A stretch of 64,000 nt of DNA, taken from NCBI RefSeq assembly GCF_001194135.2, contig NC_068985.1, positions 107,858,191 through 107,922,190 of the forward strand, in the 5' to 3' direction. Positions 23,582 to 37,490 of the stretch are shown here, one piece after another. Source of the DNA: Octopus bimaculoides. Lineage: Eukaryota. A program made the position numbers and the translations under genes. Positions within the stretch are counted from its first letter, which is position 1; each line of letters starts with the position of its first letter. Below the pieces are notes generated by a model that searched no databases, had not been told where the DNA came from, and was given only the letters and a program-made list of their open reading frames with translations.

Positions 23582-26500
23582 CATGTTTTCACATGATTTC
23601 TGCCTATCAAATTCACTCCCAAGGCATTGGTTGGCTTGAGTCTATAGAAGACATTTGCCCAAGGTACCGTGCAGTGGGACTGAAACTAAAACCACTTGAT
23701 TGCATAGTGAACTTCTGAACCACCCAGTATTACCTACACCTGTCAACATTATATATTCAGTGGATCAAGTAAGGATGTAAGCGAACTGTATTAAAGGTAT
23801 TAGTGTGCTGGAAAGAGGATATTATAAGTATGGCTATGATAAGTGAATGAGTGAAAATGCATTGTGTGAGAAAGACAGCAGAGGTAAAGGAAAGAGGAAA
23901 GCTGGGGAAGATGGGAGCAGAGATGATGATGCCAAATAGCAAGATGCTAAGTTTTCCAAATGAGAGAATGCAAAATGAGAGAGCGTTGTATGCTGTATGG
24001 CAGACCTAGCCAACCCTCCCACCATTGAGAAATGATTGCTGAATTCAATAAAATTTTGAGGAAGTGGTTAACTTGGTGAACAGCATCAAACAAATCACTT
24101 GCTAATATCAGCTCCTCCTCCTCCTCACCCCACCACCACCTCCTGCATTGAACAATAGCTGTCACAAAAGCATATCAGTGTTGCTGTTTGCTGATGCTGA
24201 TTCCCCAATACAGACAATTGAAGAATTTCCTTCTAACTTTTGTTCTCATCTAAGTATTGTTCTATCAATGGCAGCAGACTCTCCCACCTGATATCAAAGA
24301 GAGAAATGGTAGTGGGGAGGGCGGGTTAAGAAAAAAAAAAAANNNNNNNNNNNNNNNNNNNNNNNNNNNNNNNNNNNNNNNNNNNNNNNNNNNNNNNNNN
24401 NNNNNNNNNNNNNNNNNNNNNNNNNNNNNNNNNNNNNNNNNNNNNNNNNNNNNNNNNNNNNNNNNNNNNNNNNNNNNNNNNNNNNNNNNNNNNNNNNNNN
24501 NNNNNNNNNNNNNNNNNNNNNNNNNNNNNNNNNNNNNNNNNNNNNNNNNNNNNNNNNNNNNNNNNNNNNNNNNNNNNNNNNNNNNNNNNNNNNNNNNNNN
24601 NNNNNNNNNNNNNNNNNNNNNNNNNNNNNNNNNNNNNNNNNNNNNNNNNNNNNNNNNNNNNNTATATATATATATATATATATATATATGTAGATGTTTG
24701 GCGTCTCTTAGAAATGTTTTTGTGTATGTTTTATGTTACTTGTATGGTATAAGTGCAGATGTGGTTGTATGGTTAAGAAACTTGCTTCCCAACCATAAGG
24801 TTTTAGGTTCAATTCCAAGTCCATTTCTCTGTCTCTCTGTCTGTCTGTCTCTGTCTCTCTCTCTCACACACACGCACGTATATATACATATATTCATTCA
24901 TTCATTATGTCATAACTAGTAACACTGCTAAATACAGTAATAACCACACCACTGTATTGGAAATATGACTGGAAGCTGTTACTCAACGCAGTCCTTCTTT
25001 TTTGAAGATGGTAGGATAGGATTTGAGGGAGATTTGATTGCTATTTGTAACAAATTTCACATTTGTATAGAGGCTTCCTTCTTGGTTCAAGCTGGAGTTG
25101 GCAAAAGACTACCTGTCATACATTGGTTTCTTTCACTTAATCTTCTCTATAGAGAGGAGGGCAGTGCTCATGAGACTTTTTCCAGAGTCCCTGAGACTAG
25201 TGAAAGGAAACAGAGAAAGTTATCTTCAGATTGAAGACCGGAACCAGATGCTTGCAACAGAGTGAACCCCACTAAAAGCATCCAAAGAACAGGTATTAAC
25301 CCCTTTGATACTGACCCATCCAGGACCAACTCTGGTTATATAATAAAAGCTTCCTGTTTTAAAAAGTTAATCAGTTACAACCTTCCATCAAAATTTCATG
25401 TTAATTGAAGTTCCAACCACTAGATGATTGATGAGTTATTTCACTAAACTCATTATTTTCAAAATTAATTGAAATAATGGCAGTGTATTTCAACAGAAAT
25501 ATGGTAACAAAAAAAGATTAAACTGGGCAATGTTGTGTTAATGACATAAAAACTTAGTTATTGATATTCTTCAATTTGTTAGTTTTGTAACTCAACTACA
25601 TTAGCTTCTGTGTTGCTACAACCATACAGGGACAGCCTGGTGTATTACTATTATAAGTATTACCAAACTGCCACTGCTCTACAGCACCAAATCATTACAG
25701 AAATCACTGACTCTGACGTGCATATAGCACCCTCCACTACTGCATATAATATTTTCTTTACCTACCACAGAACCTGCACCATTCAGGATTGAAAATAAAA
25801 TACCAGTTTCCCCTAGAATTTGATAGGTTTGTAACTAAACTATAGTTTCTGACATATGCATAAGGCTAGAAATTTTGTAGGTGAGATTAGTTGATTAGAT
25901 CAACTCCAGTTACAATCTGGTACTTACGTTATTGCCTTTGAAAAGATGAATGGTAAAGTCAACCTTACTGTAATTCAAACTCAATATGTAAAAAAAAAAA
26001 CAATACAACAAAGTGTTTTGTCCATTATGTTCATTATGTTACTGTTTCTGTCAATCCACTGTCCCATCCCCCACCTCTAAACAGGGTAAATGTTTGCCCT
26101 ATCTACTCTTTACATAAACTTTTTCCCTTTGGTATTTATGTGTTTGTGTGTGTGTATCATTTTATATATTCTGTGTGCATGTACACACACATACACATTT
26201 AAAATCATTCAAATCTGTCTCAGATTTTGTACACTCCCAAGAGATTGGGTGGAATAATTCTAGAGTATCCAGTTCTATTCCTCCTCACCCGCTTTGGCTA
26301 AAATACCACTGGCAGCACTGTGAGTTGCTTACTCTTTAACTCTGCCTTTGTCTCTCACCAACCATTCCCTTGCTCTCTGTCTCTCTATCTCTCTCAATAT
26401 ACACACATATCACATATGTCCATTTATATCTCTGCCAAAACATTTTTTTCTTTTCTTTTCTGACCTTTTCAGTAGATAACATTAGATATCAGACATATTA

Positions 26501-27149
26501 GAAAGACCAGCCACTTCTACTTAATTTTTTTTCTGTCAGTGTCCAGTTATCATTTACCTCCTCCACTATAATTGTTTCTCTATTTAGCTGTCCCTCAGGG
26601 CAACAAGAGAAGAAAAATAGCAAACAGCCATCTTGATACCATATTCCACATGAGAGCTTAATATTTGCATTAAACCAATGTAGCATTTACTTTGGCTCTC
26701 TGCAGGCATCTGCTTTTATACCCCACTTCCTATCATTTTAGTTGTCAGAGGATTCTGAGCCTCACCTTGTTTTCCATCACCTAATTCTTACCTCACCACC
26801 CCGTGATGATTCTTAGTTGTGTTGCTATGTATGTGCCAATATAGCAGAGAAATAATCAACTACGTATGATACTGGTCTACAATCTCATTGGTCTTAAATA
26901 TGTTTTGCTATCCAAAAAATGGGCTGTTTTGTAGTTTTGGATAGCACACATCATATAGCTCTTGAAGCTCATGCTAGAATCATCATCATTGTTTAACGTC
27001 TGCTTTCCATGCTAGCATGGGTTGGACGACTTGACTGAGGACTGGTGAAACCGGATGGCAGTTTCTACGGCTGGATGCCCTTCCTAACGCCAACCACTCA
27101 GAGAGTGTAGAATAGATTGTAATATTTCTGACGAAAAGAAAAAAAAAAA

Positions 27150-28215
27150 AGCATTGCTTGTTTCACAAATGAAAATTCATGAAGGGGTTTTGTTGACTGC
27201 TAGGTCGTTGTTAGCTGATGAAACCAGTGTAAAAGAAGTAAGCCTAGATGCAATGGTTTTTAGGGAAATTCAGTCCAGTTTAGTGTTCCATAATCTTGTT
27301 CTCAAAGAAAGCCCTGCATGTAGCTTTGAAGGAGGACATGAACTAGTGTCATTGACCCTTGTAATTGGAGGTTATATTTACCACTGACCATCAAAGGATT
27401 TCTCCTAAGAGCCTTTGTACATTTTCTTTGGTGATCATCTGACATGGTCACCAGTAGAGAGTTTGTTGTGTAGTACAGTCTTGGACAAGCAATAATCTTC
27501 CAGCTTGGAAACATGCCCTGCCCAGCATAATGGTGGTTGTAACATGCCCTGACCAGCACAGTGGTGGCTGTTGGTTACATTTTGCCTGTTCAAGGATTTC
27601 AGTGTTTGATAATAAAGTTACTCCAGTGAATGTTAAGGATGTTGTAGATGCAGCATTGCCGGGAGTGCTCAAGAACCATGGTGATAGTAGTTAACCAATG
27701 ACTTATACAGAATAATGATTAGTATAACAGCTCTGAACATGGTGATCTTTGTAATTTTCCATAGATGTTTGCTATTCCAGACTCTTTTGTGTAGTCTGCT
27801 GAATGCACAATTTAATTTAACCTGCCTTTGGTTATCCTCTTTGTTGATTTTAGCACTGGATGTGATAGTGCACCCCAGGGAGCTAAACTGCTGGGCCATC
27901 TTCAGATCTGTTTTGCTGATAGTAATGTAAAGATGGTTATAACCTTCCTAAGGTGTAGGCTAGCAGAGGACTTCTGTCTTCTTCAAGCTGTCTTTCAGTT
28001 TGAAGAGTTCAGCAGCTTCTGCAAAGCTGATGTTATATGTTGCATGGTTGACCCTGTATAGGTAACAAGCACAACATAGTCAACAAAGTGTAGCTCCCAT
28101 TTTGGAATAATCTGTCCAAGAGGTTCTCTTCTACTAGTCACCTGAAGTTGAACAAGCTGTCATTGATGCAGTATTTGATGTAGTGATCACTTTCTTCATT
28201 AAGGTCTTCTGTGGC
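27150..28215 (-). mobile_element. Degraded 3' part of an RTE-clade LINE (RT C-terminus)
   Basis: Minus-strand fragments FSSLGCTITSSAKINKE...AFSRLHKRVWNSKHL..TKITMFRAVIL, SNTEILEQA, LCWSGH and SLKKTEVL match the RTE/BovB-type ORF layout as recalled. Many stops and frameshifts. Confidence 0.8.
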
Positions 28216-30991
28216 CATTATGAATGTCATGTAGATGAAGAGAGAGAGAGAGAGAGAGTATGTATAAGGAGACTGTTTCCTATTAAGGGCTTTGAGAACT
28301 TGTTGCTGAGTCTAACTTGTCAAAGCTGATCTGGTTATAGTGCTGGATATTTGGTTGTGCCAAAATGTAACAATCTCAATGGCACTGATGAAGTGTTGCT
28401 ATGAACACAGCAAAGTAGGAAAGGCTATTTTTTTTTTTATTATTCCCTGTCTAGCAAGTCAGACATTTGTCACACAGCATTCACTACACTGGGAACAAAG
28501 TGATGTATTGCATTTTCATCTTCTCTGAGTAAGCAACCACCCCAATATTGTGTGTTCAGGGAAAGTATGATTGAGTGTTTGGTTAAGAAACTTGCTTTCT
28601 GGGTTCAATTCCACTGCATGGTGTCTTAGATTAATGTCATTTTCTGTCAGCCTTGAATTGATGTATACCATATGAGTGAAACTGGGTAGATGAAAACTGT
28701 ATAGAAGCTTGTTGGATGGATCCTACCTGTTATTGAAAAGGTATAGCCTTGTCAACATGCTGTGTCATGCTGATTCTATCTGAGAATTACATTGATTGCA
28801 CGTGTTTGTGGAATGCTCAGTTACTTACACATCAATTCAAAGCAGTTGATTAAACAACTGAATCTTCATTGTTAGATGGTGGAGATCCACTACCATATAT
28901 ATATGTGTGTGCGTGTGTATTTATTTCAAGTGTAGAAATTCAGTGAAGCTTACTTATTGCTCAGTCTCCCTGTGGGAGCTGTCTTCAGATATAATCTAAT
29001 CATAATAATTCTAATTTTAGTACAACACTTTTCAGTTTGTAGAGAGATAATCTATTGAGTTGGTACTTAATTGAGTCCTTGGAGGGATGGAAAGCAGAGT
29101 TGACATGAATGGAATTTGAACTATATTACACATACTAAGGTATGTAATTTAGACCCACCACCACCTGCCACAAGGTAGTTAGTCCTGCAACACTCTTCTG
29201 TTTCCTACACTTCATCAACTTTCTAATCATAATTTCTTTCATTGGCACAAGGCCACCAGTTTGTAAGAGTTCAACTTCAGTTACAACTGGTATTTATTTT
29301 ATCAACATCAGAGAGATGGAAGGCTGATTTGAGTAGTACTGATAATAATAACAACAACAATATTTTTTTTTTTAATTATAAAAGAGGCACTTGAATAAGG
29401 GACAGTGGGAGTTTCACATCAAGTGAGTGAATTAGTGACATACAAGAAATAAGATTAGAAACTGTTGGAGAGGAATCCATCCATAAAATCAGCCCCTACA
29501 CTTGACTGGCGTTTGTTTTATCATTCCCGGAAGTTGAAACCCTGCATGATTTTTAACTCTGTGAATAAATAACAATAATAATACTTGGTGCTGTATCGAA
29601 GTAGGTTGGCAGCTACTTTAACAGTTTTGTTAATATGTTTCTGTTGAAATACACTGGCTTTATTTTAATTAATTTTGAAAATAATGAAGAATTTTGTAAA
29701 ATTAACTTTGTCGTAATTAAGGTGGTGTTTGGAATATAAATTAGAATAGCATTTTAGTGGAAGGCTTTAATTTAGATCACTCTAAAACAGGAAGTTTATA
29801 TTACAGAAAAGAAATAGAGGCGGTCTCAGACGGGTTGGTATCAAAAGGGTTAAAGGAACCGAAATAAAGAAAAAAAAAAAGCTGTAATGCTACTTTTTGA
29901 AATAGCTTCTAATTAACGAACATGGTGCTGTAAGGGATTTGTACATAATCAAAGTCAACAGAATTGTAGTGCAATGTAATGGTTTTACATTCACTGATCT
30001 TAGCTTGCTTCTGTGGGGGGTAGTTAATGTTCAGTGAAGCACATCTAACAAGGCAGGAAACTTAGCAAATAGCTGATAATAGTAAGAATTCCTTAGCCTA
30101 GGTTAGATAGTACATTGTGTGGTGCGAGTATGTAAGTTCATACTTGTGTGTGTACACGCGCACACTTACACGTGTACACATACACGTGTACTCATACACG
30201 TGTACACATACACACAGATGTATTAATATTTTCTGAATACTCATGAACTTAAGAGATAAGAGGTAAAAGCAAACAATATAAATAAGCTTTATAGTTTAAC
30301 TTCATTTCCTGTGAGGTGCAAGCTCCAGGTATAAGTTTATTTTCCTTTTCCTATCTGAGTCAAGCTGATTGGGGATCCCCTCTTGCAATGAAAATGGTGA
30401 GCTAATAAAGAGAATAATTGGGTGGGGAAGTAGTTTCACAGGAAATGGCATGGACCTTAATATAAAGCAGTGACTCTTTCATCCCGTTTTTGCTCATGAT
30501 TCCAGTTTGAACCTAGATTATGTCTGTCTCTCACTCCACTTTCATAGATGCTGTTAGTTGAAAAAACAAAAACAAGACTTTTACTATTTGTAGTGTTTAT
30601 CGTTGCCATATCATTGAAAAACAAAATGTTTTACTATAAACAACTGCTTCTATGCAGATAAAATTGTGCTTTTGCAAACAAAATACTAGAAAAACATAAA
30701 ACCATGTTGTGTTGAGGTGGATGTTGTTGTGTAGCCCCAAGTCAGACCCTGAATGAGCAGTCATAGGCACATTGGTAGTTCACTGAATAATAAGGTGCAT
30801 CAATCATATCATTGTCCCAGTCACAACATGTCTCCATTTAATTGGAGAGGAATGAAGGTAGTATGCTCTGTTGGATTTGCAACATCAGTGTGCATGACTG
30901 ATAAAAGCACAACCGTGTTGAGAGAAAAGTTAGGTATCAGAGGGATACCTACTAAGTGGGAGAAGTAAAGAGTATTATATGCACCTTCTTA

Positions 30992-31066
30992 ACTTAAGAC
31001 CATCTGCACTTACGACCATCTGCACTTACGACCATCTGCACTTACGACCATCTGCACTTACGACCA
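30992..31066. repeat. 16-bp minisatellite (acttacgaccatctgc) x ~4.7
   Basis: Read directly; overlaps the inner edge of the left Tigger TIR. Confidence 0.95.
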
Positions 31067-31079
31067 CAAAAAATAAAGT

Positions 31080-31810
31080 GTGGAGAGAGGTATCCCTTTC
31101 AAGATTTTATTGATTATGGACAGTGCCCCTGGCCACCTGCCTCATCTAGATGACCTTCATCCCAGTGTTAGAGTGGTTTTTATGCTACCTAACACAACCA
31201 CTGTCATCCAACTCATGGATCAGGGTGCTGTTTTAGCAATTAAGGCTTATTCTCTCAAAACAACATTCACACCAGCTATTGAAGCATTTGATTCTGATGC
31301 AGATTTATCTTTGTGAGGCTTTTGGAAGCAGTACAACATTCTTCAGTGCATCAAGAATATTTTGACTGCATGGGAATGTGTACCAATGAAGTGTATGTCA
31401 GGAATTTGGAAAAAAGTGTCTCAAATGTTATACGAATACATTTGAAGGGTTTGAACAAGAAGAGGAGCTAGAAGTGATTAGAGAAGCCTCGGTTAAACTT
31501 GCAAACAATCTAGAATTAGAATGTGAAATAGATGTAGAGGAATTGCTAAATTGTGAAACAAAAGAACTTTCAGATGAAGAGTTGAGTGAATTGGAAGCAC
31601 ACAGATTGACAGAAGGAAAAGCGAGAGAAGATGATGAGCCAGGAAAGAAATTCATGGCAAAGGGTTTATCTGATTCATTTTCACAATTGAAACAAAGCAG
31701 TTTTGAAGCAATGGACCCTAATGTCAAATGCCTTGCAAAAGTTGAACGTATCATTCAAGATGCTATGTGTTGTTATCGTAAGATATATGACAAAAAAAGA
31801 AAAAAAAAAA
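31080..31810 (+). pseudogene. Tigger-like (TIGD1-type) DDE_1 transposase remnant, DD32D
   Basis: FKILLIMDSAPGH...VVFMLPNTTTVIQLMDQG (32 residues between the two D), then after a stop FWKQYNILQCIKNI...WKK, then a frameshifted acidic C-terminus (LELECEIDVEELL...CYRKIY). The HTH region and first catalytic D are missing. Confidence 0.85.
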
Positions 31811-33572
31811 CGCTATTCAAACAAAGCTCACCATGTTCCTCAAAAAAAAAACATCTACTTCAACCCATGAGGATGACTGAAGATAAAAAATTTATTTTCA
31901 ATTGCACTTTTTTCACAGGAACAATTTTTTTTTATTGTATGTATGCAGAATTTCATTTGTATTAATTTTTACATTAATTTAGATGGTATTTTTGTTTACA
32001 GTACAGTAGAGTACATATTACGTATTTTTCACATTATGTACAATAATTATGAATTAAATTTTTGTGCTTTATATTTTTATAACCCATTTGAATGAAAATA
32101 GTGTTGAAAAATATAAATCTGACATATGACCAGGTCGACTTACGACCTGTCAGTCAGTCAATGGAACCTGGGCTTGTAAGTTGAGAAGGTGTATATGTAT
32201 GGGTGTAAGTTTTTATATATAGTGACAGGTATGGAGGATATCAACATAGACTCTCTTATATGTTTTGCAGTGGCATGGGAAAAATCATTGAAGTATAGGT
32301 CAAAAAGAGTTGGTCAGAAGAGAGATCCTAATGCTGTTTTTATCAAGAAATTGTAGGCTCTGGAAATAATGTTCTTATGTTGGCCTTGTGAGTAGTTTGC
32401 TAGCCAGCAATTTGTGTTGCTTCTTAAGGTAGTGTCGAGTATTTTTATAAGAGTGGATGACAGAAAATGCTGTTGTTGGTGTAGGTAAATTGTGTTGTGT
32501 AAATACTTTATAGACTTTGTAAGACTCTTATTTCTATAGTTGTTTTGTTTCTATAGTTTGCTTTGTACAGACTTGTAGATGCTGTTCTCTGGTGAAGTTC
32601 ATAGCTTCTGAGAGAAATATTTCTGTCAAATGATTGGAATTTTAATTGTGACCTTGTTTAAATTTTTTTCAAGCTGGTAAGGTAGTATGTGAGGAAGATT
32701 TGAAATTTTTTTTACAAGTGAGTGATGGCACATATTTTCTCAGGTAGATATAATAGCTGACTTTGGGGAGGAGAGAAAGAGAGAGAGAGAGAGAAAGAAA
32801 AAGAAAGGCTAGGTACAGTTAATAAATTTGATGGGAAAGAAAGTGAAGATTCTTAAGAAGGCTTTTGATTAGGGAGTGAGCTTTTGAATGTTGTCTATGA
32901 TGCCTGAACCATAATCAAGGAAAATTAGGATAAAATTTCATTTCTAAAATATACATTTAAATTATTTGTCCAGATCATATTTTAAATTTGAAAATTGTGT
33001 ATTGATAAAGGACTATACATATTTTGGACAATAATGTATAAATGTTATTCAGAGTGAAACTTTGTCATACGTCTGTTATGCAGATGAAACAAGATTTGTT
33101 TTTATACTTCATATTGCATATAGCAGTTAAATATCGTTTAGGTGTATATTTATCTATCTTGACATAGAGGAGTCTATGTTAACGACTGAACTTGAAGGAG
33201 GAAAAGAAAACTTTTGTGTAAGCATCCTTATTGGTTCACATTGCACTATGGCTCTGCTAGAGCATCACCTTTAGATGAACAAATTTACCCCAGTACTTAA
33301 TTTTTTAAGCCTGGTATTCTGTCTGACCACTTGCTTTGGAAGCAAACTTCTTTCTACACAGCAATGCTTGTGCTTATATTCATAAGATTTTCACACTTCA
33401 GACATCTTACAGGATTGAAACAGTTTGAAACATGTGCAAGAATGTTTCTTACTGATCTCTTTAAGTCCTGGAACCAAGAAAACAATAACAATGTACATTG
33501 TCTGTCGCTGACATGTCAATCAGTTCTTCTCAGGTTGTCGGGTAAATTGACAGTTTTTTATTTTTCTTAAAG

Positions 33573-33624
33573 CCAGAGGAAGGAGAAGTGTGGTCCTTTG
33601 ACCTTTGTAGGCCTCTGCTAACTG
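33573..33624 (+). CDS. Candidate coding exon (phase 0-1), PEEGEVWSFDLCRPLLT
   Basis: Acceptor ttttttatttttcttaaag|, donor CTG|gtaaga, 52 nt. Only one frame is open, and its phases fit both the upstream (7116) and downstream (41064 or 52560) exons. Confidence 0.55.
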
Positions 33625-36578
33625 GTAAGACTGATGTTACTGAAGTTCAGTTTGAATTTGTGTAGGGTATTGTTATCATAATTTAATGTCTACATTTCCA
33701 CACTTGCATCAGTCTGATAGAATTCCTGTTGCTGATCCTCACTTGTTTCCAGCCAATGTCAATATTTCCCATGACCAGACCTTTTTCAAAGGAGACTGGA
33801 AATGGACTGGAAATGAATGCTTGCATGATGGTGATGCTTGTTTATAGTCATCAGGTGATGTCAAGATATGGGTACAATGCAAAAAAAAACGTGTGTACAC
33901 ACACACACACACACACACACACAAATGGGCTCCTCAATGTTTCTGTCTATCAAACCCACTGACAAAGGTTCACTAGGCCTGTGTCCATGGCACAAAGCAC
34001 TTACCCAAAAATGAACCTAGGGCTACATGGTTGGGAAGCAAGCTTCTTAACCATACAAACCACCCTTGTGTTTACTGCCTAAAAATTGGCAAACTGGGAA
34101 TTCCAAGATTTTGCAACTCTAAGGAGGATGGATTTGGTAAAGTCTTTAGAGTAGCCTCTGAGAGGTGAGACATGGTGGAGATGAAAAGAAGTAGGTGTGT
34201 TGAATAGGCGAGGATGGAGATGAAATATGTCTTATTGTTTCAGAGGAACTGAGGCTGTTGTGCATAAGTGAATTATGGGCTGTAGTAGTAGTGGTAGGTG
34301 TTGCTGTTTACTGCTAAATTAGACTTATAGTCAAAGACATTCCTGTCATGATCATCCTGCTCATTTTTCAAGTATAGTTCACTGCTTTCTACTGTAACCA
34401 ATGTGTCCTACTTATTTGTTGATTTTTTTTTTAAGGTGCTTAGTGATTTGAGGGAGAGTTGGTTACTAGTTCTAGCAGGGTGAACAACCTTGTTGACATG
34501 ATGGAGTTGTTGGTTGGTGCCGTGATGGAATGGTAGTTGTTGTTGTTTAGCCTCAGATCATCCTGATTGAGAAGACTATGGTCATTATAGCTATGAGCAG
34601 AACTTAAAAGTTGAAATTTGAAGTTATGGGAGTTTGGAATCAGTAAAAATCTACTTATTCTATATGTAAATTGTAATAGGTTTTGAGAGATTTTGACACA
34701 ACTTGTTTTGGTGCTGCCTATTTGGTGTTGATGATTCAACAGCAACTTATTTGACATCAAACATTTTATGTTCCTCTCATTTTAATGTTTCACTCGTTTT
34801 GATCTTCCTCTAGGCCCCCTTCAACCCCTCCTTCTCTCTTTTTATGTATGTAAGCGTATTTCTCTTTATGTGTTTGAGGAGAGGGTTCACATTGAATTAA
34901 TAAATTGTAATGTCTCTCTTTCTTGTTCTCTCTGTATGTGTATATTTCTGTGTGTGTGTGTGTGTATGTGTGTGTGTGCCTCCAGTGCATTGTCACCAAA
35001 ATTGGCTGAATGTCTGGTCAGCTGCGCCAATTAGTGAAGCAGTGATGACAAAGCTATAGCCTTTTAACACAAATGTTAGATTAATGGTGCTAAAAAGTAG
35101 CCTGTTGCTAATTCACATTAGCTATGTATGATGTGTACTTTCAATTACTACAAGAAATATATGATTAGTCTAATTACAAATCGGAGTTAGGGTTGGTGGC
35201 ACCATAAAATAATAAATTGAAGCTTTTGTGCATTATGTTCCATAGCTATGCCCATCCTGTCTTCTATTTTATCTATTTATTTTTAGAAGCTAGCAGGGTG
35301 AAATTTGAAGGAAATTTAGCTACTATTTCTAGTGTTCTTGGTATATAGAGACATTCTCTTTGGATCATGGTGACAGCTGTAGAGACTGTATTGTAGTATT
35401 GGTATACTGTGTGGTTATGTTTGGTGTGTGTGTGTGTGTTATGGGACATGAGGATTAAGATGTTGCTCAACAGGAAAATTTGTATGGTGGAGTTGTCTGC
35501 TGGCTTGGAGAGGGGACAGGGAATGAATCCTTTCACTTACATCAATGTATTTTGCTTTGTTTTGATTTGTTCAATAACTGTTTACTCAAACCTGCTCCCT
35601 GCCTTCTCCCTAGTTATTTATGTTTAATGGTATCTCATGACAAGTTGTTGAAATGATGAGTCTACATTTCTCTTTCCCTTTCTCCCTTCCTCCCTCTCTT
35701 TCTCTCCCCACCTCCCTGGGGCACTTCTTGAATATCAGTGTGGTTATTGGTGGTGGTGGTGGTGGTGCGGCTAGTGAAAGTTGGCTTTTAAGCACTTGGT
35801 CAGATCTCCTTATTAAAGCCATTTCACTTTTCTTTTTGCTGGTCATGCCACTGAGAAAGAGCATGAATGTCACAAGATCCTATTTCTTCCTTCTCTCAAA
35901 TGTGGGGTCCTGTTTTGCAGGAAACTACTCTGTGTGTGTGTGTGCTTGTGTACATAGTGGGTGAGGGCCATAATATGTGACTTGATCTTGGTATGAGTCA
36001 ATTTGGTGTGGCAGCATCTAATTTAGATTAATTTGCTGTCACCAGCATGAAATTAATCTGCAGAAACATGACTGTAGCATGATTTTACCCATCTATGTAA
36101 CATCTGTCCATTTATACCTAATGAAAAGAACACCATTTTCTTAAATTTTACCATTTGCTTACAAGTGCCTGCAGTGCTGTTTCAATGACCACTTGAAGCC
36201 ATATAACTCTACTTATTTCTCTGTGTGGATGTATATTGAATGTTTACAATATAAATATCTGAGAAACTTAGTGTTTCATTAAAATCATAATATTTAGTTT
36301 AGAAGCTAGACGTTTTTAGAAGCCACCTGCTGAGAAAACTGTAACTTTAGTAACATGGATACCGGATTGTGTTTTTGTTCTTTACATGCTAAAAAAAAAA
36401 AAAAAAATTGAGCTGATAGCTAGCAAATAGTCTGATTTTTGCTGCATAGTTAGATATATCTGAAGAATATTTGTTTATGTATGTTACCACTCTTGTTATA
36501 TTTCTCTTGAAATACACTGCAGTTGTTTTAATGAATTTCATAGATAATGCAGAATTTAGAATTACTCTCATTATTAAG

Positions 36579-36870
36579 GTGGCAAGCTGGCTGGACAGCA
36601 AGCTGGCTGGGCAGCAAGCTGGCTGGACAGCAAGCTGGCTGGACAGCAAGCTGGCTGGACAGCAAGCTGGCTGGGCGGCAAGCTGGTAGAATCATTAGTG
36701 TTGGACATAATGCCTTTTGGTATTGCTTCTAACTTTTTACTTTCTGAATTCAATTCCTGCTAGAGTCAACTTTGCCTTTCATCCCCCTGGGGTTGATGGA
36801 ATAGAGTGCCAGTCACTGCTGGTGTTGGTTATATTAACTCATCTTCTCCCCTCAGAATTGCTTGCATTTG
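36579..36870 (+). mobile_element. Diverged SINE family D copy with a minisatellite in its head
   Basis: ggcaagctgg...agaatcattag...tctgaattcaattcctgctagagtcaactttgcctttcatcc matches the family D body. Confidence 0.7.
36582..36687. repeat. 16-bp minisatellite (gcaagctggctggaca) x ~6.6
   Basis: Read directly; units differ only in the last 3 nt. Confidence 0.95.
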
Positions 36871-37155
36871 GAACAAGTTAACATGATGATATTTTGACGG
36901 AGGGCTTTTAAAGATCACTTTAAAACAAAATTTATGCTGGTGCCACATTAAAAGCACCCAGTACACTCTATGGAGTGGTTGGTGTTAGGAAGGGCATCCA
37001 GCCAGAGAAGCCAAGTCAGAATAGACAATGGAGCCTGGTGTGATCTCTGGTCTTACCAGCTCCTGTCAAACTGTCCATCCCATGCCAATATGGAAAACGG
37101 ACGTTAAATGATGATGATATTATAGAATCAAGGTCACTTCAAGACATGGTTGGTA

Positions 37156-37490
37156 TTCGCCTTCTAGCATTTGTGCTGGTGGCACGTTAGAAAATCATTC
37201 GAGCGAGGTCATTGCCAGTGCTGCTGGACTGGCTCCCGTGCAGGTGGCACATAAAAAACACCTTTTTGAGCGTGGCTGTTGCCAGTACCACCTGACTGGC
37301 CCTCGTGCCGGTGGCACGTAAAAGCACCCACTACACTCTCGGAGTGGTTGGCGTTAGGAAGGGCATCCAGCTGTAGAAACTCTGCCAGATCAGATTGGAG
37401 CCTGGTGCAGCCTTCTGGCTTGCCAGTCATCAGTCAAATCATCCAACCCATGCTGGCTGGAAAGCAGACATTAAACGATGATGATGATGA
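37156..37490 (+). mobile_element. Repeat family B
   Basis: Modules plus ggcgttaggaagggcatccagctgtagaaac block plus gatgatgatgat tail. Extra 3' fragments at about 36945-37120 and 37505-37615. Confidence 0.85.

Larger units (their letters stand above)
30980..32193 (+). mobile_element. Internally deleted Tigger/pogo DNA transposon
   Basis: Imperfect TIRs caccttcttaactta (30982-30996) and taagttgagaaggtg (32177-32191), TA on both flanks (30978-30979, 32194-32195), transposase remnants inside. Confidence 0.85.

Noticed and set aside
36582-36687. CRISPR-like array (also the 30992 and 54431 repeats)
   Set aside because: No unique spacers, no cas genes, and a eukaryotic context; these are plain tandem repeats.
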